Source: Acidobacteriaceae bacterium (GTDB lineage: Bacteria > Acidobacteriota > Terriglobia > Terriglobales > Acidobacteriaceae). Taken from it: DNA of 64,000 bases. Position numbers and translations under genes: made by a program. Under the pieces are notes generated by a model that was given only the letters and a program-made list of their open reading frames with translations, had not been told where the DNA came from and did no database searches. The stretch lies in the NCBI GenBank assembly GCA_003160215.1, contig PLQW01000093.1, forward strand, positions 40,540 through 104,539, in the 5' to 3' direction. Below are positions 45,218 through 53,825 of this stretch, in pieces (positions within the stretch are counted from its first letter, which is position 1; each line of letters begins with the position of its first letter).

Positions 45218-46525
45218 ATGGCATATCTCGTTTCCCATCCCGATGAGGTCAAGGTCGTATCCAAGCGCTTCGGCATGGGCGCGACCAATCTCGATCGCTA
45301 TCTCGAACTGGACGGCTACAAGGCCGTGCAGAAAGCCATCTCGATGGGCCCGGACGCCATTATCAACGAAGTCAAGGCGTCGAATCTGCGTGGCCGTGGC
45401 GGCGCCGGCTTCCCCACCGGATTGAAGTGGTCGTTCGTACCCAAGCAGTCGGCCAAGCCGAAGTACGTGCTGTGCAACGGCGACGAGAGCGAGCCCGGCA
45501 CCTGCAAGGACCGTCTTATCTTCGAACACGATCCGCACGCCGTCATCGAAGGAGTGATGATTGCGGCGCTCGCCGTCGGCGCCAAATCCGGCTACATCTA
45601 CGTGCGCGGCGAGTATCGCTACCTGCTGGAGATCATGGAAAAGGCCGTGGCCGACGCTTACGCGCGCGGCTTCATCGGCAATAACATCTTCGGCTCGGGC
45701 ATTGACCTCGAGATCTTCACTCATTCCGGCGCAGGCGCATACGAAGTCGGCGAAGAGTCGGCGCTGATGGAGTCGCTCGAAGGCAAACGCGGCATACCGC
45801 GCATTCGTCCTCCCTTCCCGGCAGTGGTCGGTCTGTGGGGCGGCCCAACCGTGATCAACAATGCCGAGACCCTGGCCAGCGTGCCGCACATCATCCTGGG
45901 CGGCGGCGAATGGTTCGCCAATCTGGGCACACCCAGAAACGGTGGGACCCGCCTGTTCTGCATGAGCGGCGAACTCGAAAAGCCCGGCGTGTACGAGCTG
46001 CCCATGGGCTACAACCTGAAGAAGATGATCTACGAAGTTTCGGGCGGCATGACCAAGGGTAGGAATTTGAAGGGCGTGGTGCCGGGTGGGTCGTCGGTAC
46101 AGATTCTCACGCCTGACGAAATCGATGTCGCCATGGACTTCGACTCGATGATGAAGGCGGGCTCGATGCTCGGCTCCGGCGGCGTGATCGTGCTCGACGA
46201 CCAGATGTGCATCGTGAGGTTCGCTCTGCGCGTGGCCAAGTTTTACCAGCACGAGAGCTGCGGCTGGTGCATCCCATGCCGCGAAGGTACCGACTGGATG
46301 AAGAAGACGCTGACGCGCTTTCATGCCGGCGGCGGCGCGGCCAAGGACATTGACAACCTGAAGTACCTGGCGGAGAACATGCTGGGTCGCACCTTCTGTC
46401 CGCTGGGCGACGCGGCGGCGATGCCGATCATTTCCTACATTCAGAAGTTTCGTAAGGAATTTGAGGACCACCTCGACGGCAAGCCATGTCCGTATGAGAA
46501 AGCGGCAGAGCCGGCATTGGTGTGA
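45218..46525 (+). CDS. nuoF: NADH-quinone oxidoreductase subunit F
   Basis: 435 aa with the FMN/NADH site GRGGAGFPTG, GAGAYEVGEESAL and the N3 cluster ESCGWCIPCREG. Confidence 0.97.
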   Translation: MAYLVSHPDEVKVVSKRFGMGATNLDRYLELDGYKAVQKAISMGPDAIINEVKASNLRGRGGAGFPTGLKWSFVPKQSAKPKYVLCNGDESEPGTCKDRLIFEHDPHAVIEGVMIAALAVGAKSGYIYVRGEYRYLLEIMEKAVADAYARGFIGNNIFGSGIDLEIFTHSGAGAYEVGEESALMESLEGKRGIPRIRPPFPAVVGLWGGPTVINNAETLASVPHIILGGGEWFANLGTPRNGGTRLFCMSGELEKPGVYELPMGYNLKKMIYEVSGGMTKGRNLKGVVPGGSSVQILTPDEIDVAMDFDSMMKAGSMLGSGGVIVLDDQMCIVRFALRVAKFYQHESCGWCIPCREGTDWMKKTLTRFHAGGGAAKDIDNLKYLAENMLGRTFCPLGDAAAMPIISYIQKFRKEFEDHLDGKPCPYEKAAEPALV

Positions 46526-46594
46526 GTTGGCTTTTAGCTTTTGGCTCTTAGCTCTTAGCAAGCGAACCGGGATGACAGTTTGATTGAAAGCTCG

Positions 46595-46668
46595 GATGGG
46601 CTGGAGACAATAGGGGTCCTTCGACTCCGCATTCGCAAACAGCGCGAATGCTCCGCTCAGGATGACAA
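46595..46668. repeat. about 75-nt dispersed repeat, copy A
   Basis: ggatgggctggagacaataggggtccttcgactccgcattcgcaaacagcgcgaatgctccgctcaggatgacaa, with an internal CATTCGC...GCGAATG hairpin. Copy B at 49601..49673 is in the same orientation with few substitutions. Confidence 0.88.
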
Positions 46669-46749
46669 GGTTGTTGTTGGTACAAGGTTGTTGTTGGTAC
46701 AAGGTTGCTGTCGTACAAGGTTGTTGTTGCTAGAAGGTTATTGTTGCTA
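46666..46749. repeat. 17-nt tandem repeat, 5 copies
   Basis: Units are caaggttgttgttggta (x2 exact), caaggttgctgtcgta, caaggttgttgttgcta and gaaggttattgttgcta. Confidence 0.9.
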
Positions 46750-46883
46750 ACTGAGAGTGGATGGCTGAGAGCTGACGGCTATCGCTCGCGACAAGAATTT
46801 GATTGCTAAGAGCTAAAGGCTAAGAGCTAAAAGCTAAAAGCTAAAAGCCCCTAGCGAAAGGCGAACAGCGAATAGCGGTTTCC

Positions 46884-49253
46884 ATGGCAGATGTAACCCT
46901 TACTGTTGACGGCAAGAAACTCACGGTTCCCGCGGGGACGCTCCTCATTGAGGCCTGCAAGAGCACGGGCATCGAGGTGCCGTCTTTCTGCTATTACCCC
47001 GGCCTGTCGCTGCAAGGCGCCTGCCGCATGTGCCTGGTGGACATCGAAAAGATGCCCAAGCTGCAGACCGCGTGCACCACGCCGGTCGCTGAGGGCATGG
47101 TGGTCACCACCGAGAGCGACAAGATCAAGCAGGCGCGCAAGGCCATGCTCGAGATGGTGCTCGCCAACCATCCGCTCGATTGCCCGGTGTGCGACGCCGG
47201 CGGCGAATGCGAACTGCAGGACATGACCTTCAAGTACGGCGCGGCCGAATCGAAGTTCATGGACATGAAGAACCACCGCGACGAGCAGCAATGGTCGCCG
47301 GTGGTGTACTTCGACCGTCCGCGTTGCATCCTCTGCTATCGCTGCATTCGCGTTTGCGGTGAAGGCATGGATGTCTGGGCGCTGGGGATTCAGAACCGGG
47401 GTTCCGGCTCAATTATTGCGCCTAACAAGCAAGATCATTTGGAGTGCGAAGAGTGCGGCATGTGCATTGACATCTGCCCGGTCGGCGCGCTCACCTCGGG
47501 CGCTTATCGCTACAAGACGCGGCCGTGGGAGATGAAGCACGTGGGCACCGTCTGCACCCATTGCGGCGACGGCTGCAAGACCACGCTCGGCGTGCGCCGC
47601 GCCGACACCGGCATGGAGATTGTGCGCGGCGACAACCGCGATAAGAGCGGCATCAATGGCGACTTCCTCTGCATCAAGGGGCGCTACGCCTTCGACTTCG
47701 CCAACAGCGGCGATCGCATCCAGCAGCCGCTCATCAAGCACGAAGGTAAGTTCGTTACTGCGACCTGGGAACAAGCGCTCGAACGCATCGCCTCCCGGTT
47801 CAAGGAAGTGCTGGCCAGCGACGGCCCGAGCGCCGTCGGCGTGATCGGCTCCAACCGCACCAGCAACGAAGAAAATTACTTGCTGCAAAAATTCGCGCGC
47901 CTGGGTTTGGGCACCAACAACATTGACCACCATCGCACCGCGGACTTTCCTGCATTCGCTTCGGCGCTGGCTGGCAAGGCCAATGCCACCGCTTCCATGC
48001 GTGACGTTTTCGACGCTCCCGCGATCCTGCTGATCGGTAACAATCCTACTGACCAGCATCCGCTGCTGGCGTGGCAGATTCGCACCAACGTCCGTCTGCA
48101 TCGCGCCAAACTTTATGTGGTGAATTCGTATCCCATCAAGCTGCGCCGCCAGGCGACCGCCTTCGCGCAGATCGCGCCCGGCTCTGAAGGCAGCCTGGTG
48201 CAGTTCCTCGCCGGAAACGACGCAGCCGCCGACGCCGTCATCGGTCCGCAGTTCACGCGTGAGGCCCTGTCGCAGATGCGGGAGGCGCTGAAGAACGAGA
48301 AGGACTTGGTTGTTATTTTCGGATCGGAGTTGCGCGGCAACGACGTCACGGCGCTGGTGAACTTCGGCCTGGCGCAGGGCGCAAAGTTCATCTGCCTGGG
48401 CGATTACGCCAACTCGCGCGGCGCCGCCGACATGGGCCTTTATCCCGACATGCTGCCGGGTTACGCTCCCGTTTCGAGTGCGACCAGCTTTCACGAGGAT
48501 TGGGTCGACGAAATTCCCCGGTCGCCGGGCATGAACCTGCTACAGATGATGGATGCGGCCAAGGACGGCAAGCTGAAAGCGCTGTATGTCGTCGGCTCCA
48601 ACCCTGTCGCACGCTACAGCGTCGATCCCTTCGCCCTGTCGAAGGCCTTCGTCGTGGTGCAAGACATGTTCCTCACCGAGACAGCCGGCATTGCTGACGT
48701 GGTGCTGCCCCTCGCGAATGCTTACGAAAAAGGCGGGACTGTCACAAACACTTGCGGCGACGTACAGATGCTGAAGAAAGCAGGTGAGTTTGCGGGCGTG
48801 CGCAACGATTTCGAGTGCATTGTTCGCATCGCCGATCGGATGGGATACGACGTGCACAAGTTGGTGCCGTTTGGCGGCGGAGGCACGCGCGCCGACATGG
48901 GCCAGAGCCGTGGCGCGCAATCCGGCGAAGCCGACCGGCACGCGGTGTGGCTAACTGAGCACAACCTGGAGCCCAAGATGAGCCCCTACGATCCCACCGC
49001 GATGCTGGACGAAATTCAGCGGTTGGTCCCGGGGTATGACATCTCGCGGCTCGGTCTGCTCAGCGGTCACGACGAGCATACGCAACTCGTGCAGATCACC
49101 GGCGCTACGGGCACGGGACATCCGGAACTCGTGCTGCCCTCCAACGACACGCTGTTCACCTCGGGCACGCTGGGCCGGTACTCGCCCACCTTGAACACCG
49201 TGATGGAGCGCTACGGTACGACGCCGGCCGATAAAGAGATCGCGGCGGATTAG
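46884..49253 (+). CDS. nuoG: NADH-quinone oxidoreductase subunit G
   Basis: 789 aa with the N-terminal [2Fe-2S] site CYYPGLSLQGACRMCLV, HPLDCPVCDAGGECELQ, CILCYRCIRVC and CGMCIDICPVGA, followed by a molybdopterin-like domain. Confidence 0.95.
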   Translation: MADVTLTVDGKKLTVPAGTLLIEACKSTGIEVPSFCYYPGLSLQGACRMCLVDIEKMPKLQTACTTPVAEGMVVTTESDKIKQARKAMLEMVLANHPLDCPVCDAGGECELQDMTFKYGAAESKFMDMKNHRDEQQWSPVVYFDRPRCILCYRCIRVCGEGMDVWALGIQNRGSGSIIAPNKQDHLECEECGMCIDICPVGALTSGAYRYKTRPWEMKHVGTVCTHCGDGCKTTLGVRRADTGMEIVRGDNRDKSGINGDFLCIKGRYAFDFANSGDRIQQPLIKHEGKFVTATWEQALERIASRFKEVLASDGPSAVGVIGSNRTSNEENYLLQKFARLGLGTNNIDHHRTADFPAFASALAGKANATASMRDVFDAPAILLIGNNPTDQHPLLAWQIRTNVRLHRAKLYVVNSYPIKLRRQATAFAQIAPGSEGSLVQFLAGNDAAADAVIGPQFTREALSQMREALKNEKDLVVIFGSELRGNDVTALVNFGLAQGAKFICLGDYANSRGAADMGLYPDMLPGYAPVSSATSFHEDWVDEIPRSPGMNLLQMMDAAKDGKLKALYVVGSNPVARYSVDPFALSKAFVVVQDMFLTETAGIADVVLPLANAYEKGGTVTNTCGDVQMLKKAGEFAGVRNDFECIVRIADRMGYDVHKLVPFGGGGTRADMGQSRGAQSGEADRHAVWLTEHNLEPKMSPYDPTAMLDEIQRLVPGYDISRLGLLSGHDEHTQLVQITGATGTGHPELVLPSNDTLFTSGTLGRYSPTLNTVMERYGTTPADKEIAAD

Positions 49254-49258
49254 AAGAA

Positions 49259-49303
49259 GTGATTAGTGGTTAGTGGCTAGTTTCAAAGTTTCGAGTTTCG
49301 AGT
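49259..49303. repeat. 7-nt tandem arrays just after nuoG
   Basis: gtgatta gtggtta gtggcta gtttcaa agtttcg agtttcg agtagg. Two word families are joined without losing the 7-nt phase. Confidence 0.85.
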
Positions 49304-49426
49304 AGGCAGCAACTGGTTCTGTAACAAGAGCAGACGTATCGGGCCCGAGTCATGAGTGCTCAGACCTTGAGATTGTGGCGCGATCTCGTGTCGATTCGCC
49401 GCAGTGGAAGGCAGTACGCAAGAATC

Positions 49427-49508
49427 AGCCCCGAATGGGGCGGAAGAGCTTAGCCCAGCGCTTCAGCGCTGGGTGCGCAGTTAGAGGATTCGAGTCCCGT
49501 AGGGACGG
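49427..49508. repeat. three-hairpin repeat module, copy B
   Basis: cagccccgaatggggcggaagagcttagcccagcgcttcagcgctgggt...gagtcccgtagggacggc. It has the same three stems as 15583..15668. Confidence 0.85.
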
Positions 49509-49600
49509 CAGAGAACCGCAGATCCCTCGACTCAGTCGCCGTAGCGACCTCGATCGAGATGACACGCATGATTCGAGGCGGCAGTTGAATTAAGAGAGCG

Positions 49601-49673
49601 GGTGGGCTGGACAGTATAGGGGTCCTTCGACTTCGCATTCGCAAAGGCGGCGAATGCTCCGCTCAGGATGACA
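49601..49673. repeat. about 75-nt dispersed repeat, copy B
   Basis: gggtgggctggacagtataggggtccttcgacttcgcattcgcaaaggcggcgaatgctccgctcaggatgacaa; see 46595..46668. Confidence 0.88.
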
Positions 49674-49724
49674 ACTCTGCTCTTCCGGCGTGCAGCGAAG
49701 GGCGAAAAACGAACGGCGATTTAA

Positions 49725-49757
49725 CTGACGGGCTGAAAGCTGAGTGCTGATAGCTAC
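49725..49757. repeat. 7-nt array abutting the nuoH start codon
   Basis: ctgacgg gctgaaa gctgagt gctgata gctac, followed immediately by ATG 49758. The same word family occurs at 40025..40052 and 46751..46785. Confidence 0.82.
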
Positions 49758-50792
49758 ATGGGCATTGGGACGTACATCCTGGTTTCGCTGGTCAAGATCG
49801 CGATCGCGCTCCTTGTCCTGCTGACGGCCGTGGCCTACACCACGTTGCTGGAGCGCAAAGTGGTTGCCCACATACAGAACCGGTGGGGACCGTCGCGGGT
49901 GGGGCCATTCGGCATCTGGCAGCCGCTCGCCGACGGCTTAAAGTTTATCTTTAAGGAAGACCTCACACCGCCTTATGTTAATAAGCCCTTGTACCTGCTG
50001 GCTCCAGTCGTCGCCTTGACCACAGCGCTGACCTCCATCGCGGTCATTCCAATTGGTCCATGGATCAAGCTGGGCAGCATCAACACGCCGTTGCAGATCG
50101 CCGACGTCAACATTGGGCTGCTGATCATTTTAGGCGTCACCTCGGTCGGCGTGTATGGAGTGGCGCTGGCGGGGTGGTCGTCGAACAGCAAGTATTCGAT
50201 GCTCGGCGGCTTGCGCGCCTCGGCCCAGATGGTGAGCTACGAAATCGCTCTCGGCTTGTCGCTGATCGGTGTGCTCATCTTTGCCGGCAGCTTCAGCCTG
50301 CGCGACATTGTCGATTCGCAAGCGGGCACGTGGCTGGGCTTCATCCCTAAATGGAATTTGTTCAAGGGACAGTTTGTCGCCTTCTTTATTTACATCATGG
50401 CGGCCTACGCGGAGACCAACCGTATCCCCTTCGATCTGCCGGAGGCGGAGACCGAACTGGTCGCCGGATACCACACCGAGTACAGCTCGATGAAGTTCGC
50501 CATGTTCTTCATGGCCGAGTACGCCAACATGGTGACGGTCGCGTGCCTGGCCTCGATTTTGTTTTTGGGCGGATGGTCGGGGCCGGTCTTCGGTCCGCCG
50601 ATTGTGCAGTCGCTGCTGCCGGTGTTCTGGTTTGCGTTGCGCGTGTTTGCCTTCATGTTTATCTACATCTGGGTCCGCGGCACGTTGCCGCGTTTCCGCT
50701 ATGACCAGCTCATGGCCTTCGGCTGGAAGTTTCTTCTGCCGCTGGCCATCGCCAATATCGTCGTCACCAGTCTGGTCGTGGCGCTGAAGTGA
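49758..50792 (+). CDS. nuoH: NADH-quinone oxidoreductase subunit H
   Basis: 344 aa, 8 TM helices, with ERKVVAHIQNRWGP, SNSKYSMLGGLR, AETNRIPFDLPEAETELVAGYHTEYS and RGTLPRFRYDQLM. Confidence 0.96.
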   Translation: MGIGTYILVSLVKIAIALLVLLTAVAYTTLLERKVVAHIQNRWGPSRVGPFGIWQPLADGLKFIFKEDLTPPYVNKPLYLLAPVVALTTALTSIAVIPIGPWIKLGSINTPLQIADVNIGLLIILGVTSVGVYGVALAGWSSNSKYSMLGGLRASAQMVSYEIALGLSLIGVLIFAGSFSLRDIVDSQAGTWLGFIPKWNLFKGQFVAFFIYIMAAYAETNRIPFDLPEAETELVAGYHTEYSSMKFAMFFMAEYANMVTVACLASILFLGGWSGPVFGPPIVQSLLPVFWFALRVFAFMFIYIWVRGTLPRFRYDQLMAFGWKFLLPLAIANIVVTSLVVALK

Positions 50793-50913
50793 AGCAGCAA
50801 TTAGCAATTAGCAATAGCGGATTGCGGTTTTCAGGTTCGAGGAGTTCCCTTATTTCACGGCTTGAGTCGTTTTTGCTAAGTGCCAAATGCTAAATGCCAA
50901 GTGCCTAAACGCC
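50793..50913. repeat. repeat spacer between nuoH and nuoJ, where nuoI would normally be
   Basis: The left array is agcagca attagca attagca atagcgg attgcgg. The right array is gctaagt gccaaat gctaaat gccaagt gcctaaa cgcc. The two are only loosely complementary. Confidence 0.8.
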
Positions 50914-50964
50914 TTGGGATGAGTTGCACCCCGGCAAAGCAGTCTTGCCGGTAAACGGATAACC

Positions 50965-51486
50965 ATGTTGCCTCTTGTTCTCTTTTTCATCTTCGCTGCG
51001 CTGTGTGTGGGTGGGGCGATCAACCTGCTGGTGCAGAAGCACCCCATCAACAGCGCCCTGTCGTTGATTGTGGTGATGGGTTCGCTGGCCCTGATTTACC
51101 TGCTGCTGGGCGCGGAATTTGTGGCCGCCGTGCAGGTCATTGTGTATGCCGGCGCGGTGATGGTGTTGTTCGTCTTTGTCATCATGCTGCTGAACGCCGG
51201 AGTGGAAGAGCGCACCGAGCATGCCAGTCGTGTCGCCACGGTGCTGGGCGTCCCAGGACTCATTATTGGATTGAGCATCGCAGTCTGGGTGGTCAGCCAT
51301 CTCGCCGGGCTGGACCGCATCGCCATCGGCGGGCCCACGGTAATGAATGGCAGCGACGTGTTCGGAAATCCCCAAGCCATCGGGCGTCTGTTGTTCCGCG
51401 ACTTCCTGCTGCCTTTCGAGGTGACGTCGCTGTTGATCCTGATCGCCATCATGGGCGCCGTGGTGCTGGCGCGGAGGGAGGAATAA
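50965..51486 (+). CDS. nuoJ: NADH-quinone oxidoreductase subunit J
   Basis: 173 aa, 5 TM helices, with AEFVAAVQVIVYAGAVMVLFVFVIML and FEVTSLLILIAIMGAVVL. Confidence 0.9.
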   Translation: MLPLVLFFIFAALCVGGAINLLVQKHPINSALSLIVVMGSLALIYLLLGAEFVAAVQVIVYAGAVMVLFVFVIMLLNAGVEERTEHASRVATVLGVPGLIIGLSIAVWVVSHLAGLDRIAIGGPTVMNGSDVFGNPQAIGRLLFRDFLLPFEVTSLLILIAIMGAVVLARREE

Positions 51487-51789
51487 ATGGTCCCTCTTTC
51501 CTATTACCTGGTGTTGAGCGCGATCCTGTTTGGCTGTGGAGTTGCAGGCTTCCTGATCAAGCGCAACATCATCACCATTTTCCTGTCGATTGAGTTGATG
51601 CTGAACGGCGTCAATCTTTCCTTCGTTGCCTTCGCCGCGCAACTCAAGTCGCTCGACGGTCACATTTTCGTGTTCTTCGTGATGGTAGTGGCTGCCGCGG
51701 AAGCGGCCGTGGGACTGGCCATCATCATCTCGGTATTCCGTACCCGCGAGACCCTGAATGTGGATCGCGTGAACTTGCTGAAGCTGTAA
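51487..51789 (+). CDS. nuoK: NADH-quinone oxidoreductase subunit K
   Basis: 100 aa, 3 TM helices, with [10 protein letters not shown] and [23 protein letters not shown]. Confidence 0.93.
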   Translation: MVPLSYYLVLSAILFGCGVAGFLIKRNIITIFLSIELMLNGVNLSFVAFAAQLKSLDGHIFVFFVMVVAAAEAAVGLAIIISVFRTRETLNVDRVNLLKL

Positions 51790-51845
51790 GGGCGCTCCGC
51801 CGCGCACTGGTACTGGGGCGCACTGAGTGTCCCGCGAGACAAGTT

Positions 51846-53825
51846 ATGCACTTGTGGATCATTCCGTTACTGCCGCTGGCCGGCGCCGCCATCAACGGGC
51901 TGTTAGGCAAGCGCTTCGCCAGGGGACTGGTGACGACCATCGCGCTGGGCTCCACGGCGCTGGCGTTTGCCATGGCCTTGTGGGTGGCCGCGCAGTTCGC
52001 CGGATTGCCGCCGGACCAGATCCCGCACATCGAGCGCTATGCCACATGGTTGGGCGCGGGCTCGTTCTCCGCGGACTTCGGCATCTACCTCGACCAGCTC
52101 TCGCTGGTGATGTTGCTGGTGGTCACCGGCGTCGGCTTCCTCATCCACGTTTATTCCGTCGGTTACATGGAGCATGAAGGCGGCTACTACCGCTATTTTT
52201 CCTATCTCAACCTCTTCATGTTCTTCATGCTCACCCTGGTGCTGGCGAACAATTATTTGCTGATGTTCGTGGGCTGGGAGGGCGTGGGCCTGGCATCATA
52301 CTTGCTGATCGGATTCTGGTTCCTCAAGAAGTCGGCGGCCGACGCGGGCAAGAAAGCCTTCATCACCAACCGGGTCGGCGACTTCGGATTCCTGATCGCG
52401 CTCTTCCTGCTGATCAAGCACTTCGGAACGCTGCAGTACGACAGTCTGTGGCCGCTCATCGGTAAGTACCCGATCGAATCCGGCGCTGCTGGCTTGTTGA
52501 CGGCGATTGGCCTGCTGATGCTGGTCGGTGCAACCGGCAAGTCCGCGCAGATTCCACTGTATGTCTGGCTGCCGGACGCGATGGAAGGCCCCACGCCGGT
52601 TTCCGCACTAATTCACGCCGCGACCATGGTGACTGCAGGCGTGTACATGGTGGCCCGCTCGCATCTGGTGTTTAACCGCGCGCCCGACGCCGCAATGGCG
52701 GTCGCGATTATCGGCACGCTGACTGCGATCTTCGCTGCGTCGATTGGCATCGTGCAAACCGACATTAAGAAGGTGCTGGCCTATTCCACCATTTCGCAGC
52801 TTGGTTACATGTTCATGGCCTGCGGCGTGTTGGACTACGTGGGCGGAATCTTTCACCTGGTGACACACGCCTTCTTCAAGGCGCTGCTGTTCCTCGCGGC
52901 GGGCTCGGTGATTCACGGCCTCGGTGGCGAACAGGACATGCGCAACATGGGCGGCCTGCGAAAGCATCTTCCCTACACCTTCTGGTGCATGACCATCGCG
53001 ACCTTTGCAATCGCTGGCTTGCCGCCCTTCGCCGGCTTCTTCTCCAAAGACCGGATTCTGTGGTCCGCCTGGAGCAATGGCTATCGCAGCCTGTGGCTGA
53101 TCGGCGTGATCACCGCCGGCATGACCTCGTTCTACATGTTCCGGCTATGGTTCCTCACGTTCTTTGGTGACTACCGCGGCCCCAATCCTGAGGCGGCCGG
53201 TCACGCGCACGATGCCCACGCTGGCGGTAGCCACGGGCACGGTGCTCCACATGAGAGTCCGATGGTGATGGTAGTCCCGCTGATAATTCTTGCCCTGCTC
53301 TCGTTCATTGGCGGATGGGTTGGCGTTCCCCACTCTCTCAAGGGATCTGATCACTTCGACGCCTTTCTTTCGCCGGTTTTCCACGCGCCGGCGGCTCCCG
53401 CCGAAGGAGCTCAGGAGCAGGGCGAATCCACCACGGAGCTGGCGTTCACTGGTATCTCGGTGTCGATAGCCCTGCTTGGATTCCTGAGCGCCTGGTGGCT
53501 GTATTACAAGCGGCCAGAGTTGCCCGGAAGGATGGCAAAGGCTGCTGGCGGGCTCTATACCTTCGTGCTCGACAAGTACAAGGTGGACGAACTCTACGGG
53601 GCGGTATTCATACAACCGCTGATCGCGCTGTCTTTGAACGTCTTCTGGAAAGGGATCGATCGCGGGCTGATCGATGGCGCAGTGGACGGCAGCGCCGCCG
53701 GTGCGCGTGAAGTCTCCGATGAAATGCGCCAGATGCAATCCGGCAATATCCGTTCCTACGCGGGCTGGGTCGCCGTCGGCGCGGCGGCCGTGATTGCCTT
53801 CATGGTGTGGAGGGGTGTGCGATGA
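51846..53825 (+). CDS. nuoL: NADH-quinone oxidoreductase subunit L
   Basis: 659 aa antiporter-like subunit with WEGVGLASYLLIGFW, KSAQIPLYVWLPDAMEGPTPVSALIHAATMV and a C-terminal lateral-helix region. Confidence 0.96.
   Translation: MHLWIIPLLPLAGAAINGLLGKRFARGLVTTIALGSTALAFAMALWVAAQFAGLPPDQIPHIERYATWLGAGSFSADFGIYLDQLSLVMLLVVTGVGFLIHVYSVGYMEHEGGYYRYFSYLNLFMFFMLTLVLANNYLLMFVGWEGVGLASYLLIGFWFLKKSAADAGKKAFITNRVGDFGFLIALFLLIKHFGTLQYDSLWPLIGKYPIESGAAGLLTAIGLLMLVGATGKSAQIPLYVWLPDAMEGPTPVSALIHAATMVTAGVYMVARSHLVFNRAPDAAMAVAIIGTLTAIFAASIGIVQTDIKKVLAYSTISQLGYMFMACGVLDYVGGIFHLVTHAFFKALLFLAAGSVIHGLGGEQDMRNMGGLRKHLPYTFWCMTIATFAIAGLPPFAGFFSKDRILWSAWSNGYRSLWLIGVITAGMTSFYMFRLWFLTFFGDYRGPNPEAAGHAHDAHAGGSHGHGAPHESPMVMVVPLIILALLSFIGGWVGVPHSLKGSDHFDAFLSPVFHAPAAPAEGAQEQGESTTELAFTGISVSIALLGFLSAWWLYYKRPELPGRMAKAAGGLYTFVLDKYKVDELYGAVFIQPLIALSLNVFWKGIDRGLIDGAVDGSAAGAREVSDEMRQMQSGNIRSYAGWVAVGAAAVIAFMVWRGVR

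Larger units (their letters stand above)
46527..46849. repeat. large hairpin cassette between nuoF and nuoG
   Basis: The left array (ttggctt ttagctt ttggctc ttagctc ttagc) at 46527..46559 pairs with the right array (gctaaga gctaaag gctaaga gctaaaa x3 ...) starting at 46805. The right array keeps its 7-nt period through 46878. The arms are reverse complements over about 30 nt. The ~245-nt interior is a mosaic of other repeats. Confidence 0.88.

Noticed and set aside
50793-50964. Search for a degraded nuoI (or a nuoB remnant at 42816..42818)
   Set aside because: The nuoH-nuoJ spacer consists of arrays and short hairpins, with no CxxCxxCxxxCP-encoding frame. The nuoA-nuoC gap is only 3 nt. There is no pseudogene to call.
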